IMG/VR virus record: IMGVR_UViG_3300014059_000004
DNA length: 64,000 nucleotides
Source of the DNA: a virus
Reading direction: 5' to 3' (one strand)
Position 1 is the stretch's first letter; every line of letters begins with the position of its first letter. Positions 9,413 to 18,332 of the stretch are shown here, one piece after another. The notes beneath the pieces were generated by a model, which did no database searches, had not been told where the DNA came from, and was given only the letters and a program-made list of their open reading frames with translations. Position numbers and translations under genes: made by a program.

Positions 9413-10096
9413 ATGAGATATGTTTATCTGATTCAGAATCTAATCAACGGGAAAGTATATGTTGGGCAAACGAAAAATTTTTCCAATAGAAAAGCAGGAC
9501 ATTTGTATTCTGCCAAGAAAGGTGATCTTCGACCTCTTTACTGTTCCATCCGAAAATATGGTCATGAAAATTTCGAGTTTCGAATTCTAGAAGAGTGTGA
9601 TGATCATGAGTGTGATGATCGTGAAATTTATTGGATATCACATTATGATTCGTTTAACATCGATAGAGGTTATAATCTGACGCGTGGAGGAGAAGGATCT
9701 ACGGGTTGCGTTGTTTCGATAGAAACTCGTCAGAAAATGAGTGATAAACACCGCGGAAAACCTAAGTCACTAGAACATCGCCAGGCAATTTCTCGTGCAA
9801 GACTTGGTTGGGAAGGTTTGCGTGGCGCTAGAAATCCAAATTTCGGAACACATCTTACTGATCAAGCACGTAAAAAAATTAGTGAGCATGCTAAACTACG
9901 GATTGGAGTGAAAAATCCAAATTGTTCATTGACTGAAGATGATGTTAAGGGAATCAAGTATCAATTGTCAATTGGAACTAGAGTTTGTGACATTGTGAAA
10001 CTGTTCAATATTAGTCGTTCTCAAGTAAATCGGATTAAGCTTAACAAGCAATGGAAGCACGTAACAATAGAATTATGCGTCCTCATATTTGTCTAG
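9413..10096 (+). CDS. GIY-YIG homing endonuclease with NUMOD3-type DNA-binding repeats
   Basis: YVYLIQNLINGKVYVGQT...R...H GIY-YIG core; repeated ETRQKMSDKHRGK / EHRQAISRARLG / DQARKKISEHAK NUMOD-like motifs; strongly AT-rich versus flanks. Confidence 0.85.
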   Translation: MRYVYLIQNLINGKVYVGQTKNFSNRKAGHLYSAKKGDLRPLYCSIRKYGHENFEFRILEECDDHECDDREIYWISHYDSFNIDRGYNLTRGGEGSTGCVVSIETRQKMSDKHRGKPKSLEHRQAISRARLGWEGLRGARNPNFGTHLTDQARKKISEHAKLRIGVKNPNCSLTEDDVKGIKYQLSIGTRVCDIVKLFNISRSQVNRIKLNKQWKHVTIELCVLIFV

Positions 10097-11244
10097 TAGA
10101 TGGGATGAATTTTTTGCACCGGTCTAGAACTGGCTGGACAGCTGGTCCAGCTCCTGTAGTTTTTAATTTTTTTCGTAACATACGAGCACTAGTAGAAAAA
10201 CTTGATATCAGTCGCTTGTATTTCGTGCTTGAAGGCCATCCGCAAGCTCGTCACGATATCTTGCCGCAATACAAAGCGAACCGCATCGTAGAAGCCGGCA
10301 CCAAAGAGCACGATGAGATGGTGAAGTTCTTCAGCCAGGTCGACGAGATAGTCGGGTTGCTGGCTGGTTCTTTTCCGTTCTCTGTCGTGCGTCATCCTCA
10401 CCACGAGTGCGATGACACAATCTACAACCTCATCAAGCGTGGCACACGAGCCGTGAAGTGGACAGTTGTATCGAACGATTCTGACTTCACGCAGCTCCTA
10501 GATGAATTTGAGGGCGTCAGCATCTACAACCCCATGAAGAAGGCTTACGTTGAGCAAGCTCCCGCTGATTACGTTACATGGAAGGCTCTTCGTGGAGATC
10601 CAACAGACAACATCCCAAAGATCATTACGGATGGTGCTGCTACGGCGCTGATGGACGACCCGGATGCGTTGAAGGAGTTCTTCAATGATCCTGCTAATAA
10701 AGAAGCCTTTCGAAAGAACTATTCGCTCATCAAGTTCACCACGTGGTCTGACGAAGAGGCGCATGGCATGACGTCTTCGCAACCGACCAAAGATTGGGCG
10801 CCAGTCCGCTCTACGTTCGAGAAGTACGGCTTTAAGTCGCTTCTGAAAGATGAAGCTTGGGGAAAGTTCACTGCGACGTTTGATCACCTTTGGGGTGAAT
10901 ACTTACTCGTTATGAAGATCAAGCTTCGCGAGCTTAAGTCGATGATCAGAACGATTCTCACCGAGGGAATGACATCATTTGATGGCTGGAACGTCGGTGA
11001 CTGGGTGAAGTTGCCAGGCGGTGCTGTCGTTCAGATCGCTTCGTTTGAAGATACGCCGTCGACTGGTGGTAGCTACGTCACGTGCCGGACAACTGACGGC
11101 CGAGCTCAACGCGCTGACTACATGTTTGCAGACGCAGTGAAGCCAACGCCAGAAGAGATCAAGTCTTGGTCGAAGCACAAGAAATCTTCTGCTCGGCGCG
11201 AAGCTGATTACTACGCGAAGCACGGAACTCGCGGCGAATTCTGA
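10075..11244 (+). CDS. 5'-3' exonuclease / flap endonuclease (FEN, T4 RNase H / Pol I 5'-nuclease family)
   Basis: DGMNFLHR, QYKANR, ECDDTI, VVSNDSDFTQL motifs; first about 45 codons AT-rich like the endonuclease, remainder backbone-like. Confidence 0.8.
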   Translation: MRPHICLVDGMNFLHRSRTGWTAGPAPVVFNFFRNIRALVEKLDISRLYFVLEGHPQARHDILPQYKANRIVEAGTKEHDEMVKFFSQVDEIVGLLAGSFPFSVVRHPHHECDDTIYNLIKRGTRAVKWTVVSNDSDFTQLLDEFEGVSIYNPMKKAYVEQAPADYVTWKALRGDPTDNIPKIITDGAATALMDDPDALKEFFNDPANKEAFRKNYSLIKFTTWSDEEAHGMTSSQPTKDWAPVRSTFEKYGFKSLLKDEAWGKFTATFDHLWGEYLLVMKIKLRELKSMIRTILTEGMTSFDGWNVGDWVKLPGGAVVQIASFEDTPSTGGSYVTCRTTDGRAQRADYMFADAVKPTPEEIKSWSKHKKSSARREADYYAKHGTRGEF

Positions 11245-11302
11245 CGTAACTTCGGCGTCATCTCTTACCTATCAGCATGTAGCTGATCAAGGAGAGATTG
11301 AC

Positions 11303-11767
11303 ATGTCCAAGTTTCTGAAGTTTTTGGGTTACGCCTGGGCCGCGCCAGTGACGTTGTTTGGGTTGTTGTACGTTGCCCTGATGACCGCTGCGGGGTTTTA
11401 CAAATGGCACGGCGTCGAAGGAGACGCTCTTGTTTGGACTGTCAAACCCACATCACCAAGTTGGTTGATGGCGTTGTGGAAGAAGTGGGGCGGGCAAGCG
11501 ATCGGCAACGTGGTGGTGCTTAAAGTTTCACCCGTTGATCGTCCGATGGTTCTCATCCACGAGCAGAAGCACGTAGATCAAGTCATGCGGCTCGGAATCT
11601 TCCAGCCGATCATGTACGCACTGTGCTACGTAGCAATCAGAGTAGGTTGTCCTGGATCAGATCCCTACTGGTCATCACCTTTTGAGGTAGATGCAAGGCG
11701 CCATGCTGGACAGCTTGTTGACGTAGAAGGTTTGCTCAAGAAGTTGAAAGAAACTGGGAAGAGCTGA
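11303..11767 (+). CDS. membrane protein with HExxH motif (putative membrane-anchored metallopeptidase-like)
   Basis: N-terminal TM helix; LIHEQKHVDQ. Confidence 0.45.
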   Translation: MSKFLKFLGYAWAAPVTLFGLLYVALMTAAGFYKWHGVEGDALVWTVKPTSPSWLMALWKKWGGQAIGNVVVLKVSPVDRPMVLIHEQKHVDQVMRLGIFQPIMYALCYVAIRVGCPGSDPYWSSPFEVDARRHAGQLVDVEGLLKKLKETGKS

Positions 11768-11783
11768 TCAATACTTAGAGTAC

Positions 11784-12614
11784 ATGCATCAATCAGTCAT
11801 AGATGCTTTCAGCAGCTTCACGGGCCGCTTCGAAGGCGTCGTTGAGCACATGTACCTAGACGTCAAAGGCCTGGTGACGATCGCTCGGGGAAACCTGATC
11901 GATCCGATCTCTATGGCTACTTCGTTGCCATTTGAAAGGAAGTCTGGCGGGCTGGCACCGCCGGGTGAAATTGCTACAGAGTGGCACAACGTTAAAGCTA
12001 GGACAGATCTCGCGCTGAAGGGTGCTCCTTCGTTCAGGGCTATCACGGCTCTAAAGCTGTCTCAGAAATCTTGCGACGACCTGGTCAGGCGCAGGCTCCT
12101 AGAGATGGAAGCTCACGTCAAGAAGCGCTTCCCTGAGTTTGATTCATGGCCCGCAGATGCTCAGCTTGGGATCATGAGCATGTCTTGGGCTATGGGATCT
12201 GGCTTCAACTTTCCACGCTTCGAAGCCGCTGTGAAGAAGAAAGACTTCTTGACTGCAGCGGCAACGTGCAAGATGAATGAAGCAGGAAATCCCGGCTTGA
12301 AGCCTCGCAACGAGGCAAATGTAATCTTGTTCACCAACGCTGCTCGAGTTCTTGAAGAACCAGACACGTACCCCGCTATGACGCTTCACTGGCCTGACAA
12401 ACTTCCAGATCATCCTCTGATCCCAGTTGTCATCGAAGAGCCAGAGCCTGAAGTAAAAACTCAACCGTCAGTTGATATAATTGTGCCTGAGCCGCCTCCT
12501 GCACCTCTCCCAACACCAGATGCAAAAGGTTTCTTGGCGATCTTGTTCAACGCTGTCAAGTTCTTGATCTCAATGCTAACAGGGAAGAAGCTATTATGTA
12601 CGTACCAAAGCTAG
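11784..12614 (+). CDS. GH24 (T4-type) lysozyme with Pro-rich linker and C-terminal hydrophobic segment
   Basis: FEGVVEHMYLDVKGLVTIARG (E...D...TIG catalytic region) and ADAQLGIMSMSWAMGSGFNFPRFEAAVKKKDFLTAAATCKMN matching T4 lysozyme C-lobe; C-term PEPPPAPLPTP then GFLAILFNAVKFLISMLTG. Confidence 0.65.
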   Translation: MHQSVIDAFSSFTGRFEGVVEHMYLDVKGLVTIARGNLIDPISMATSLPFERKSGGLAPPGEIATEWHNVKARTDLALKGAPSFRAITALKLSQKSCDDLVRRRLLEMEAHVKKRFPEFDSWPADAQLGIMSMSWAMGSGFNFPRFEAAVKKKDFLTAAATCKMNEAGNPGLKPRNEANVILFTNAARVLEEPDTYPAMTLHWPDKLPDHPLIPVVIEEPEPEVKTQPSVDIIVPEPPPAPLPTPDAKGFLAILFNAVKFLISMLTGKKLLCTYQS

Positions 12615-13402
12615 GCGGCTGGAAAGCCGACCACGAAGATCCAGATCATGACGCAAGCAAGAACTACGTCTTTGCGGATAATATCTCTAAGTTCGCAGCT
12701 GCATCACCAGCTAGCGCTCCGCAAGAGGTCGACGGCGTCCTAGATCTGCGCCAGTGGTGCTCACCGGTCGAGGATCAGGGAGCTATAGGAAGTTGTACGG
12801 GCAACGGTGTCGTTGGGGCTCTCGAGTTTCTTCAGATCCGCAACGGCAAACCTTTCGTAGACCTGTCTAGGATGTTCGTCTACTACAATGCTCGTTTGAT
12901 GTCACGAATGCAAGATCGCGATGAGGGTGCTTACATTCACATGGCGTTCGGAACGCTGTCATCGTTGGGAACTTGTGCAGAAGAAAAGTGGCCTTATGAC
13001 ACCAGCAAGGTCTTCATTCGACCGTCTTGGGGTTCTTACAGGGACGCTTACGTCAACAAAATTGACAGCTACTATTCTATCGGTGGATCTGGTCAAGCGC
13101 AGAAAAACTACATCATCTCTGCGCTGCAAGCAAGCCATCCGATCGTCTTTGGCATGACTGTCGATAAAGATTACATGGCGTACCGCGGCGGTCCACCCGT
13201 TGCGATGCCAAAGTCCGTTAGGGCCGGCGCTGGAGGTCACTGCCAAGTGATCGTAGGCTACGATCTTGGAAGAGAGCTGTGGTTGGTTCGCAACTCTTGG
13301 GGAACTTGGTGGGGAGATGATGGTTACGCTTGGGTGCCGTTTAAGTACCTAGACGAAAGCTCTGCAAACAGCTTTTGGGTACCGTTTTTGGAGGGTACAT
13401 GA
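12596..13402 (+). CDS. papain-like cysteine peptidase (C1 family)
   Basis: DLRQWCSPVEDQGAIGSC (Q/C catalytic region), HCQVIVGYD (His), NSWGTWWGDDGY (Asn/Trp). Confidence 0.8.
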   Translation: MYVPKLGGWKADHEDPDHDASKNYVFADNISKFAAASPASAPQEVDGVLDLRQWCSPVEDQGAIGSCTGNGVVGALEFLQIRNGKPFVDLSRMFVYYNARLMSRMQDRDEGAYIHMAFGTLSSLGTCAEEKWPYDTSKVFIRPSWGSYRDAYVNKIDSYYSIGGSGQAQKNYIISALQASHPIVFGMTVDKDYMAYRGGPPVAMPKSVRAGAGGHCQVIVGYDLGRELWLVRNSWGTWWGDDGYAWVPFKYLDESSANSFWVPFLEGT

Positions 13403-13722
13403 GCGATCAACAGCTGCTGAAAGAGTACGTCTCAACTATCATTGCTGAGCTCAAGCTTGACACAAAGTTCATCGCCCGGCTAAAGAGGCACATGGCGCCG
13501 TCGCTAGCATCAAATGGTCGCACTGCTGCCGTTTTCTGGATCAGAAAGACAGAAGAGATCAATGATGAACCTCTGCCTGATAATATCAGACGTGAGATCA
13601 TCGATTATGCATCTTCAAAGTACGCGAAGCTATTCCGCAAGCACAACAATGATTTCAAGGAAACAGATTCAGCGCTTGTTGGGCTCATCAATGCTAAGTT
13701 TGGGTACTTGAGAGAAATTTGA
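13399..13722 (+). CDS. hypothetical protein
   Basis: ATGA coupling with protease stop; RBS ggaggg. Confidence 0.45.
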   Translation: MSDQQLLKEYVSTIIAELKLDTKFIARLKRHMAPSLASNGRTAAVFWIRKTEEINDEPLPDNIRREIIDYASSKYAKLFRKHNNDFKETDSALVGLINAKFGYLREI

Positions 13723-13729
13723 GAGAATA

Positions 13730-14104
13730 ATGAAAAAATTGGGCGCAGTATCTATCCTTCTCATTACGTTGATTATTTCTGGGTGCCCTCGTGGGTCCAA
13801 CGTAACACCTCAACCGCCAGTTGTGACCGATACGGGTGACTGCCAGGCTGCATGTGATCGTCTCAACAGCTTGGGTTGCGAAGAGGGCCGTGATATCGAC
13901 ATGAAGAGGTTGTGCGCTGACACTGGTGATTGTGACTTGGGTCATGGTTGCGTAGCGAACCACTGCGTGGCAACGTGCAGCGTGTTCTGCCGTGATACGC
14001 AAGCAGCAGGCGTTTGGCTCGCTCCGTCTTGCGTCAAGAACATAACGAGCTGCGATCAGATCGAATCATGTCCACTTCCAGAACCAAAGAAGTTAAGCTT
14101 CTGA
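13730..14104 (+). CDS. Cys-rich lipoprotein
   Basis: Signal peptide with lipobox LIISGC; 14 Cys. Confidence 0.55.
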   Translation: MKKLGAVSILLITLIISGCPRGSNVTPQPPVVTDTGDCQAACDRLNSLGCEEGRDIDMKRLCADTGDCDLGHGCVANHCVATCSVFCRDTQAAGVWLAPSCVKNITSCDQIESCPLPEPKKLSF

Positions 14105-14577
14105 AGCAGCTCATCCGTGAGATGTTGACAGATCCTCGACCGCCGATAACAAACGTCGAAGTGGGTGGTTCGTTGGCAAATGACGAAGAAGACGAGACGC
14201 TCGCAGCTTTGAATGCCCCGCGAGCTGCATGCGTTCTTGTTAGGAACCCAAACGGAAAGATCTTGGCAGTCTCTAGGAAAGATGATCCAAACGATTTTGG
14301 ATTGCCGGGTGGGAAAGTGGATCCTGGTGAGGTTGAGGTTGAAGCCGCTGCAAGAGAGCTTGAAGAAGAGACTGGTTACACTGCTGTAAATCTAACAAAA
14401 GTGTTCTCGCAGAAAGATGATGCTGGTTACTTCGTGACGACTTACTCTTGCTCAGTCATGGGTAACGTTGACACTGATGAATCTGGTGTGGTGAAGTGGG
14501 TTGAACCCGCTGTTCTCCTGCAAGGATCTTTCAGCGACTACAATCGAAAGCTGTTCAAGAGGGTGGGAATCCTATGA
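14068..14577 (+). CDS. Nudix hydrolase
   Basis: Nudix box GLPGGKVDPGEVEVEAAARELEEETG. Confidence 0.75.
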   Translation: MSTSRTKEVKLLKQLIREMLTDPRPPITNVEVGGSLANDEEDETLAALNAPRAACVLVRNPNGKILAVSRKDDPNDFGLPGGKVDPGEVEVEAAARELEEETGYTAVNLTKVFSQKDDAGYFVTTYSCSVMGNVDTDESGVVKWVEPAVLLQGSFSDYNRKLFKRVGIL

Positions 14578-15248
14578 AGCAACACTTGAAGTCGTACATA
14601 TCACACCTCATTGAAGCAGCAGTGGGCGGAGATCAAGCTATAGATGCTGGGCTAGCTCTTTATAGGGGACAGCGAGAAGGTAAGATTTACTACGTTCTTT
14701 ACGAGCCCAAGACTCTAGCGTCTGTCATGCAAGAACCGGGTTTCTGGAGCATGCGATTCTCCAAACCTCTCGATGAATTTATCTACGGTTTCATCGAAGC
14801 CATCCCACACTCTGACGAGTGCAATGACGCTATCGAAGTTCATCGATCTGCAGCGTCTAAAGGTTACGGTCCGCTCATGTACGATATTGTCATGAGCGAC
14901 GGCGACGGTGGCTTGATGCCAGACAGGGTATCGACAAATTCTTCTGCCGAGAAGTTGTGGCAATATTACTCTTCGAAGCGCAGCGACGTTGACAAGAAAC
15001 CGTTTGATGATCGTGATGATCCAAAGACACCAGAAGAATGCGATGACTGCGAGCTTGTGAAAGATCCAAACAAGGTATTGAACTACTCTTACGACGGGCC
15101 AGGACAAAGCGCGGCAAAATCAAGCTTGATCCAAAGGCATGGTGAAGTTGCTCAGCAGCTGGCAAAGCACGACGTGAAGCAATCATCGCTAGAAAATGTT
15201 CTGTACCAACTTGGTAACACGTACTTTGACAAGAAGTACGGCAGATGA
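14574..15248 (+). CDS. hypothetical protein
   Basis: ATGA coupling to Nudix stop; 224 aa. Confidence 0.5.
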   Translation: MKQHLKSYISHLIEAAVGGDQAIDAGLALYRGQREGKIYYVLYEPKTLASVMQEPGFWSMRFSKPLDEFIYGFIEAIPHSDECNDAIEVHRSAASKGYGPLMYDIVMSDGDGGLMPDRVSTNSSAEKLWQYYSSKRSDVDKKPFDDRDDPKTPEECDDCELVKDPNKVLNYSYDGPGQSAAKSSLIQRHGEVAQQLAKHDVKQSSLENVLYQLGNTYFDKKYGR

Positions 15249-15272
15249 ACTTGCTCAGCTAGACGAATTACA

Positions 15273-15719
15273 ATGTTGGCAAGTGGTATGATACCGCTAG
15301 CAAGTCCTCACAGTCTCATACAAGAATCTCTATGGCCCAATGAATGGCTCGTCCTCGTCAGCTGCATCATGCTGAACCGGACGAAGAGAACGCAGGTAGA
15401 AAAGATCCTACCTGAATTCATGTCTCGTTGGTCAACGCCTGAGAAGTACTTGGAGAGCTCCCCAGCTGAAGTCGCTGACTTGATCCGGTCGCTTGGATTC
15501 AAGAATCGTCGCGAAGCCACGATCAGGTCAATGACAAAGGCTTACGTGAGCAAATCTTGGTCAGATGCCCGGGAGCTGCCCGGTATCGGTGAGTACGGTT
15601 GGAGATCATGGAAGATGTTCTTCCAATGCGATGTGGGTAGCTACCGCCCGTCAGACGGTGCGTTGGGCATATACTACGACTGGATAAAGAAACATGAGCA
15701 ACGCAAAGAAGATCGCTGA
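15273..15719 (+). CDS. HhH-GPD DNA glycosylase, MBD4 catalytic-domain-like (mismatch T/U glycosylase family)
   Basis: LIQESLWPNEWLVLVSCIMLNRT...SPAEVADLIRSLGFKNRREATI...LPGIGEYGWRSWKMF...YYDWIKKHE parallels MBD4 glycosylase domain. Confidence 0.68.
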   Translation: MLASGMIPLASPHSLIQESLWPNEWLVLVSCIMLNRTKRTQVEKILPEFMSRWSTPEKYLESSPAEVADLIRSLGFKNRREATIRSMTKAYVSKSWSDARELPGIGEYGWRSWKMFFQCDVGSYRPSDGALGIYYDWIKKHEQRKEDR

Positions 15720-16023
15720 ACGCGTTAAAGAGAAAGCGCCGAAGGCTCCACGAAAGAAGAGAGTGAAGATCGATCCAAAGACAGTGCCTGCGATCGCTGA
15801 CGGCGTGCTGCTAGCACCAGTTGGTAGCAAGATCTTGGTGACTCGGTTGCGCCATGCTCGTCCTCACACTTCATCTTGCGAGATTCACAAGATCGATGAA
15901 GATGGAACGATCCACGCGTGGGACGAGACGCTCAACCAGTGGTTTCTCTTCAAGGCATCAGACAATGTCGATGTCAGGTTCTACAATGCCGCGGCTGCTG
16001 GTGCTGCTGCGCTGGAGGGATGA
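15694..16023 (+). CDS. small basic protein
   Basis: 109 aa ORF ending adjacent to next ATG. Confidence 0.45.
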   Translation: MSNAKKIAERVKEKAPKAPRKKRVKIDPKTVPAIADGVLLAPVGSKILVTRLRHARPHTSSCEIHKIDEDGTIHAWDETLNQWFLFKASDNVDVRFYNAAAAGAAALEG

Positions 16024-16839
16024 ATGCCCGAGGGTGTTGAAGTCACGTTGAGCGTCGAAGAGATCAACAACCTGTTCAGCGGTGAGATCATTCGTGCCGT
16101 TCAGCTGCACAACACTGGTCGTTACTCTTCGAAAGAGCCCGCTGGTTACCAAAATTTCGCTTCTGCTGTTCGTGATGGCTACATGATGGAAGCAGCTCGC
16201 GTAAAGGGAAAGTTCTCATGGTGGACGTTCAAGAAAGATCTTGAGCCCGATTGGTACATGATGTGCACCTACGGGATGACGGGAAAGTGGACGACGCGGC
16301 CCATGGCTGGGCACGCCGTCATGTCAATCATGTCTGATGAGTTGACAACGACGTTCATTGACCAGCGTCGATTCGGGACGTTGAGCTTCACGTCTTCTGC
16401 TGAAGCGCTAGCTTCAAAGCTGAAGTCAATAGGTCCTGACATGCTTAACGCACCACCGGATGATGAAGAATTCATCGAGCGCATGATGTTCAAGAGCAAT
16501 CGAACGATCGCTGAAGCTCTGATGGACCAAAGCTGCGTCTCTGGCGTCGGCAATTACTTGAAGTGTGAATCTTTGTATGCTGCGAAGATATCACCGCATC
16601 GTCCAGTTTCGTCGCTAACCCACGAAGACTTTGCTGACCTACGATCAGCTATCATAATGATGATGAACCTATCGTACGAGCTCGGTGGGGCTTACTCAGT
16701 GGGTCCGGATGGCACATCATGGATATCAGACAGATTTTCAGTGTACAATCAAGTCACTGATCCTCATGGATTCCCAGTAGAAAAAAAAGCGACCGCTGAC
16801 GGTCGAACAACTTACTGGTGTCCAAAAAGACAGAAGTAG
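16024..16839 (+). CDS. Fpg/Nei family DNA glycosylase / AP lyase
   Basis: N-terminal MPEGVEV (catalytic Pro2-Glu3), DQRRFG, H2TH region LMDQSCVSGVGNYLKCESLYAAKISP, C-terminal YWCPKRQ zinc-finger-like. Confidence 0.8.
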   Translation: MPEGVEVTLSVEEINNLFSGEIIRAVQLHNTGRYSSKEPAGYQNFASAVRDGYMMEAARVKGKFSWWTFKKDLEPDWYMMCTYGMTGKWTTRPMAGHAVMSIMSDELTTTFIDQRRFGTLSFTSSAEALASKLKSIGPDMLNAPPDDEEFIERMMFKSNRTIAEALMDQSCVSGVGNYLKCESLYAAKISPHRPVSSLTHEDFADLRSAIIMMMNLSYELGGAYSVGPDGTSWISDRFSVYNQVTDPHGFPVEKKATADGRTTYWCPKRQK

Positions 16840-16842
16840 AAG

Positions 16843-17175
16843 ATGGAAAAAGTAGCACCGCGCTATTCTCCTGACATGGTCAGAGAGAACGTTCAGCGCA
16901 ACATTGAAAGACTATTCGCTGGGTACAGCGCTGGAAGACCGGCGAACTGGTCATGTGATGTCAGAACTAAAGAAGTGATAACGACTGCTAACTGGCTCGG
17001 TGAAGAGCTCCAGCGCATTGGCCTAGACGATGCTGGAGCCAAAGTTCAGAACGCGCAGTTCAACAGAAGGGTTCGTTCAGAAGAAGATTTGTGGTCAATT
17101 GCGTCCCAAATTTTGAACGATGCGCTGGATGGCAACGTTGACAGGAACAGGAGACCTCATCGACGATGGAGCTAA
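16843..17175 (+). CDS. hypothetical protein
   Basis: 110 aa ORF. Confidence 0.45.
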   Translation: MEKVAPRYSPDMVRENVQRNIERLFAGYSAGRPANWSCDVRTKEVITTANWLGEELQRIGLDDAGAKVQNAQFNRRVRSEEDLWSIASQILNDALDGNVDRNRRPHRRWS

Positions 17176-17414
17176 GCCCAGTAAGCGAATTCGTTGCACG
17201 TTTTACGTTGAAGGTGACGCAATTGATAGAAACAGAATTGTGTTACGTTTCTTGGGATACGTTTGTTCAGAACGACAGCGGCACACGTGGTGTAATTCTG
17301 AAAAAGAACACGATGTGCATCCTCACGCACTTGGGACCAGATTACGCAAAAGTCATCGTTCCTTCGTTGGGTGATTCTTTCTTCGTGCTTCGAACCTTCA
17401 TAAGGCACCTATGA
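17166..17414 (+). CDS. hypothetical small protein
   Basis: Coupled at both ends (overlaps upstream stop; TGA overlaps 17411 ATG). Confidence 0.4.
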   Translation: MELSPVSEFVARFTLKVTQLIETELCYVSWDTFVQNDSGTRGVILKKNTMCILTHLGPDYAKVIVPSLGDSFFVLRTFIRHL

Positions 17415-18328
17415 TGAGACGTAAGAACAGCAACATGCTGCTGCGCATTGCGCAAGCAGATGCATTGGCGTTGGGCATCGAATTCATCGATAAAGAGAAG
17501 CATGGCGAGCTTTTTGAAGCTGTTGGCTCTATGAATCGTTACGTTCAGCACCCAACGTACGAGCTGATGAAACCGGGCTGGTACTCAGATGATACCCAGC
17601 AGAGCATTGCGATCGCAGAGTTGCTGTGCACCAGCGAATCACCCAGCGCCGTTGATTTTGTTGGCAAATTTTGGGAAGTTCATGCAAGAGATCCACGCGA
17701 TGGTTACAGCAGAGCGATGCAAGAGCTACTAGAGTCTTCGAAGAACGGTGATGAGCTGAAGCTGAAGCTTCAACCAAATTCCGACAAGAACGGTGCAGCG
17801 ATGCGCTCGGTTCCCATAGGCGTCATCAAAGATCCAGATGCCGTCGTTCGCTACGCTGGGTTGCAAGCAGCTACGACGCATGCCACGTGGGGTGGCATCA
17901 ACTCCTCGATCGCTGTTGCATTGATGTCGCATTATGCCCTCTACGATCGTCGAGATTTTAATCACATGCTAGGATGGTGTAGCCGTTACCTAGATTCTTT
18001 TGATTATTTCTCGAAGCCCTGGGAGGGCCCTGTGAAGGCTCGACCGAAGCAGCCGGGGGATCGTGGCCTCGGTTGGAACACGGCTTGGGCTGTTCATACG
18101 TTGCTTGTCGAAGAAAAATCGCTAGCGGGTATCATGTCTCGAGTTGCGAGCTGGGGTGGTGACACAGACTCTGTCGCTGCGATCGCATGGGGCATTGCAT
18201 CTGCACGCTACTCTGACGAAGTGTTGCCGAGCTTCCTTGAAACCGACCTTGAAGCTAGCCGTGATGGTAACTACGGTGTACAGTTCCTCAAGGATCTTGG
18301 TGAGCAGCTGATGTGCAAGTACGCTTGA
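17411..18328 (+). CDS. ADP-ribosylglycohydrolase (ARH/DraG family)
   Basis: ADALALG, YSDDTQ, NGAAMR, TTHATWGG, SWGGDTDSVAAIAWGIA motifs. Confidence 0.75.
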   Translation: MMRRKNSNMLLRIAQADALALGIEFIDKEKHGELFEAVGSMNRYVQHPTYELMKPGWYSDDTQQSIAIAELLCTSESPSAVDFVGKFWEVHARDPRDGYSRAMQELLESSKNGDELKLKLQPNSDKNGAAMRSVPIGVIKDPDAVVRYAGLQAATTHATWGGINSSIAVALMSHYALYDRRDFNHMLGWCSRYLDSFDYFSKPWEGPVKARPKQPGDRGLGWNTAWAVHTLLVEEKSLAGIMSRVASWGGDTDSVAAIAWGIASARYSDEVLPSFLETDLEASRDGNYGVQFLKDLGEQLMCKYA

Positions 18329-18332
18329 AGCT

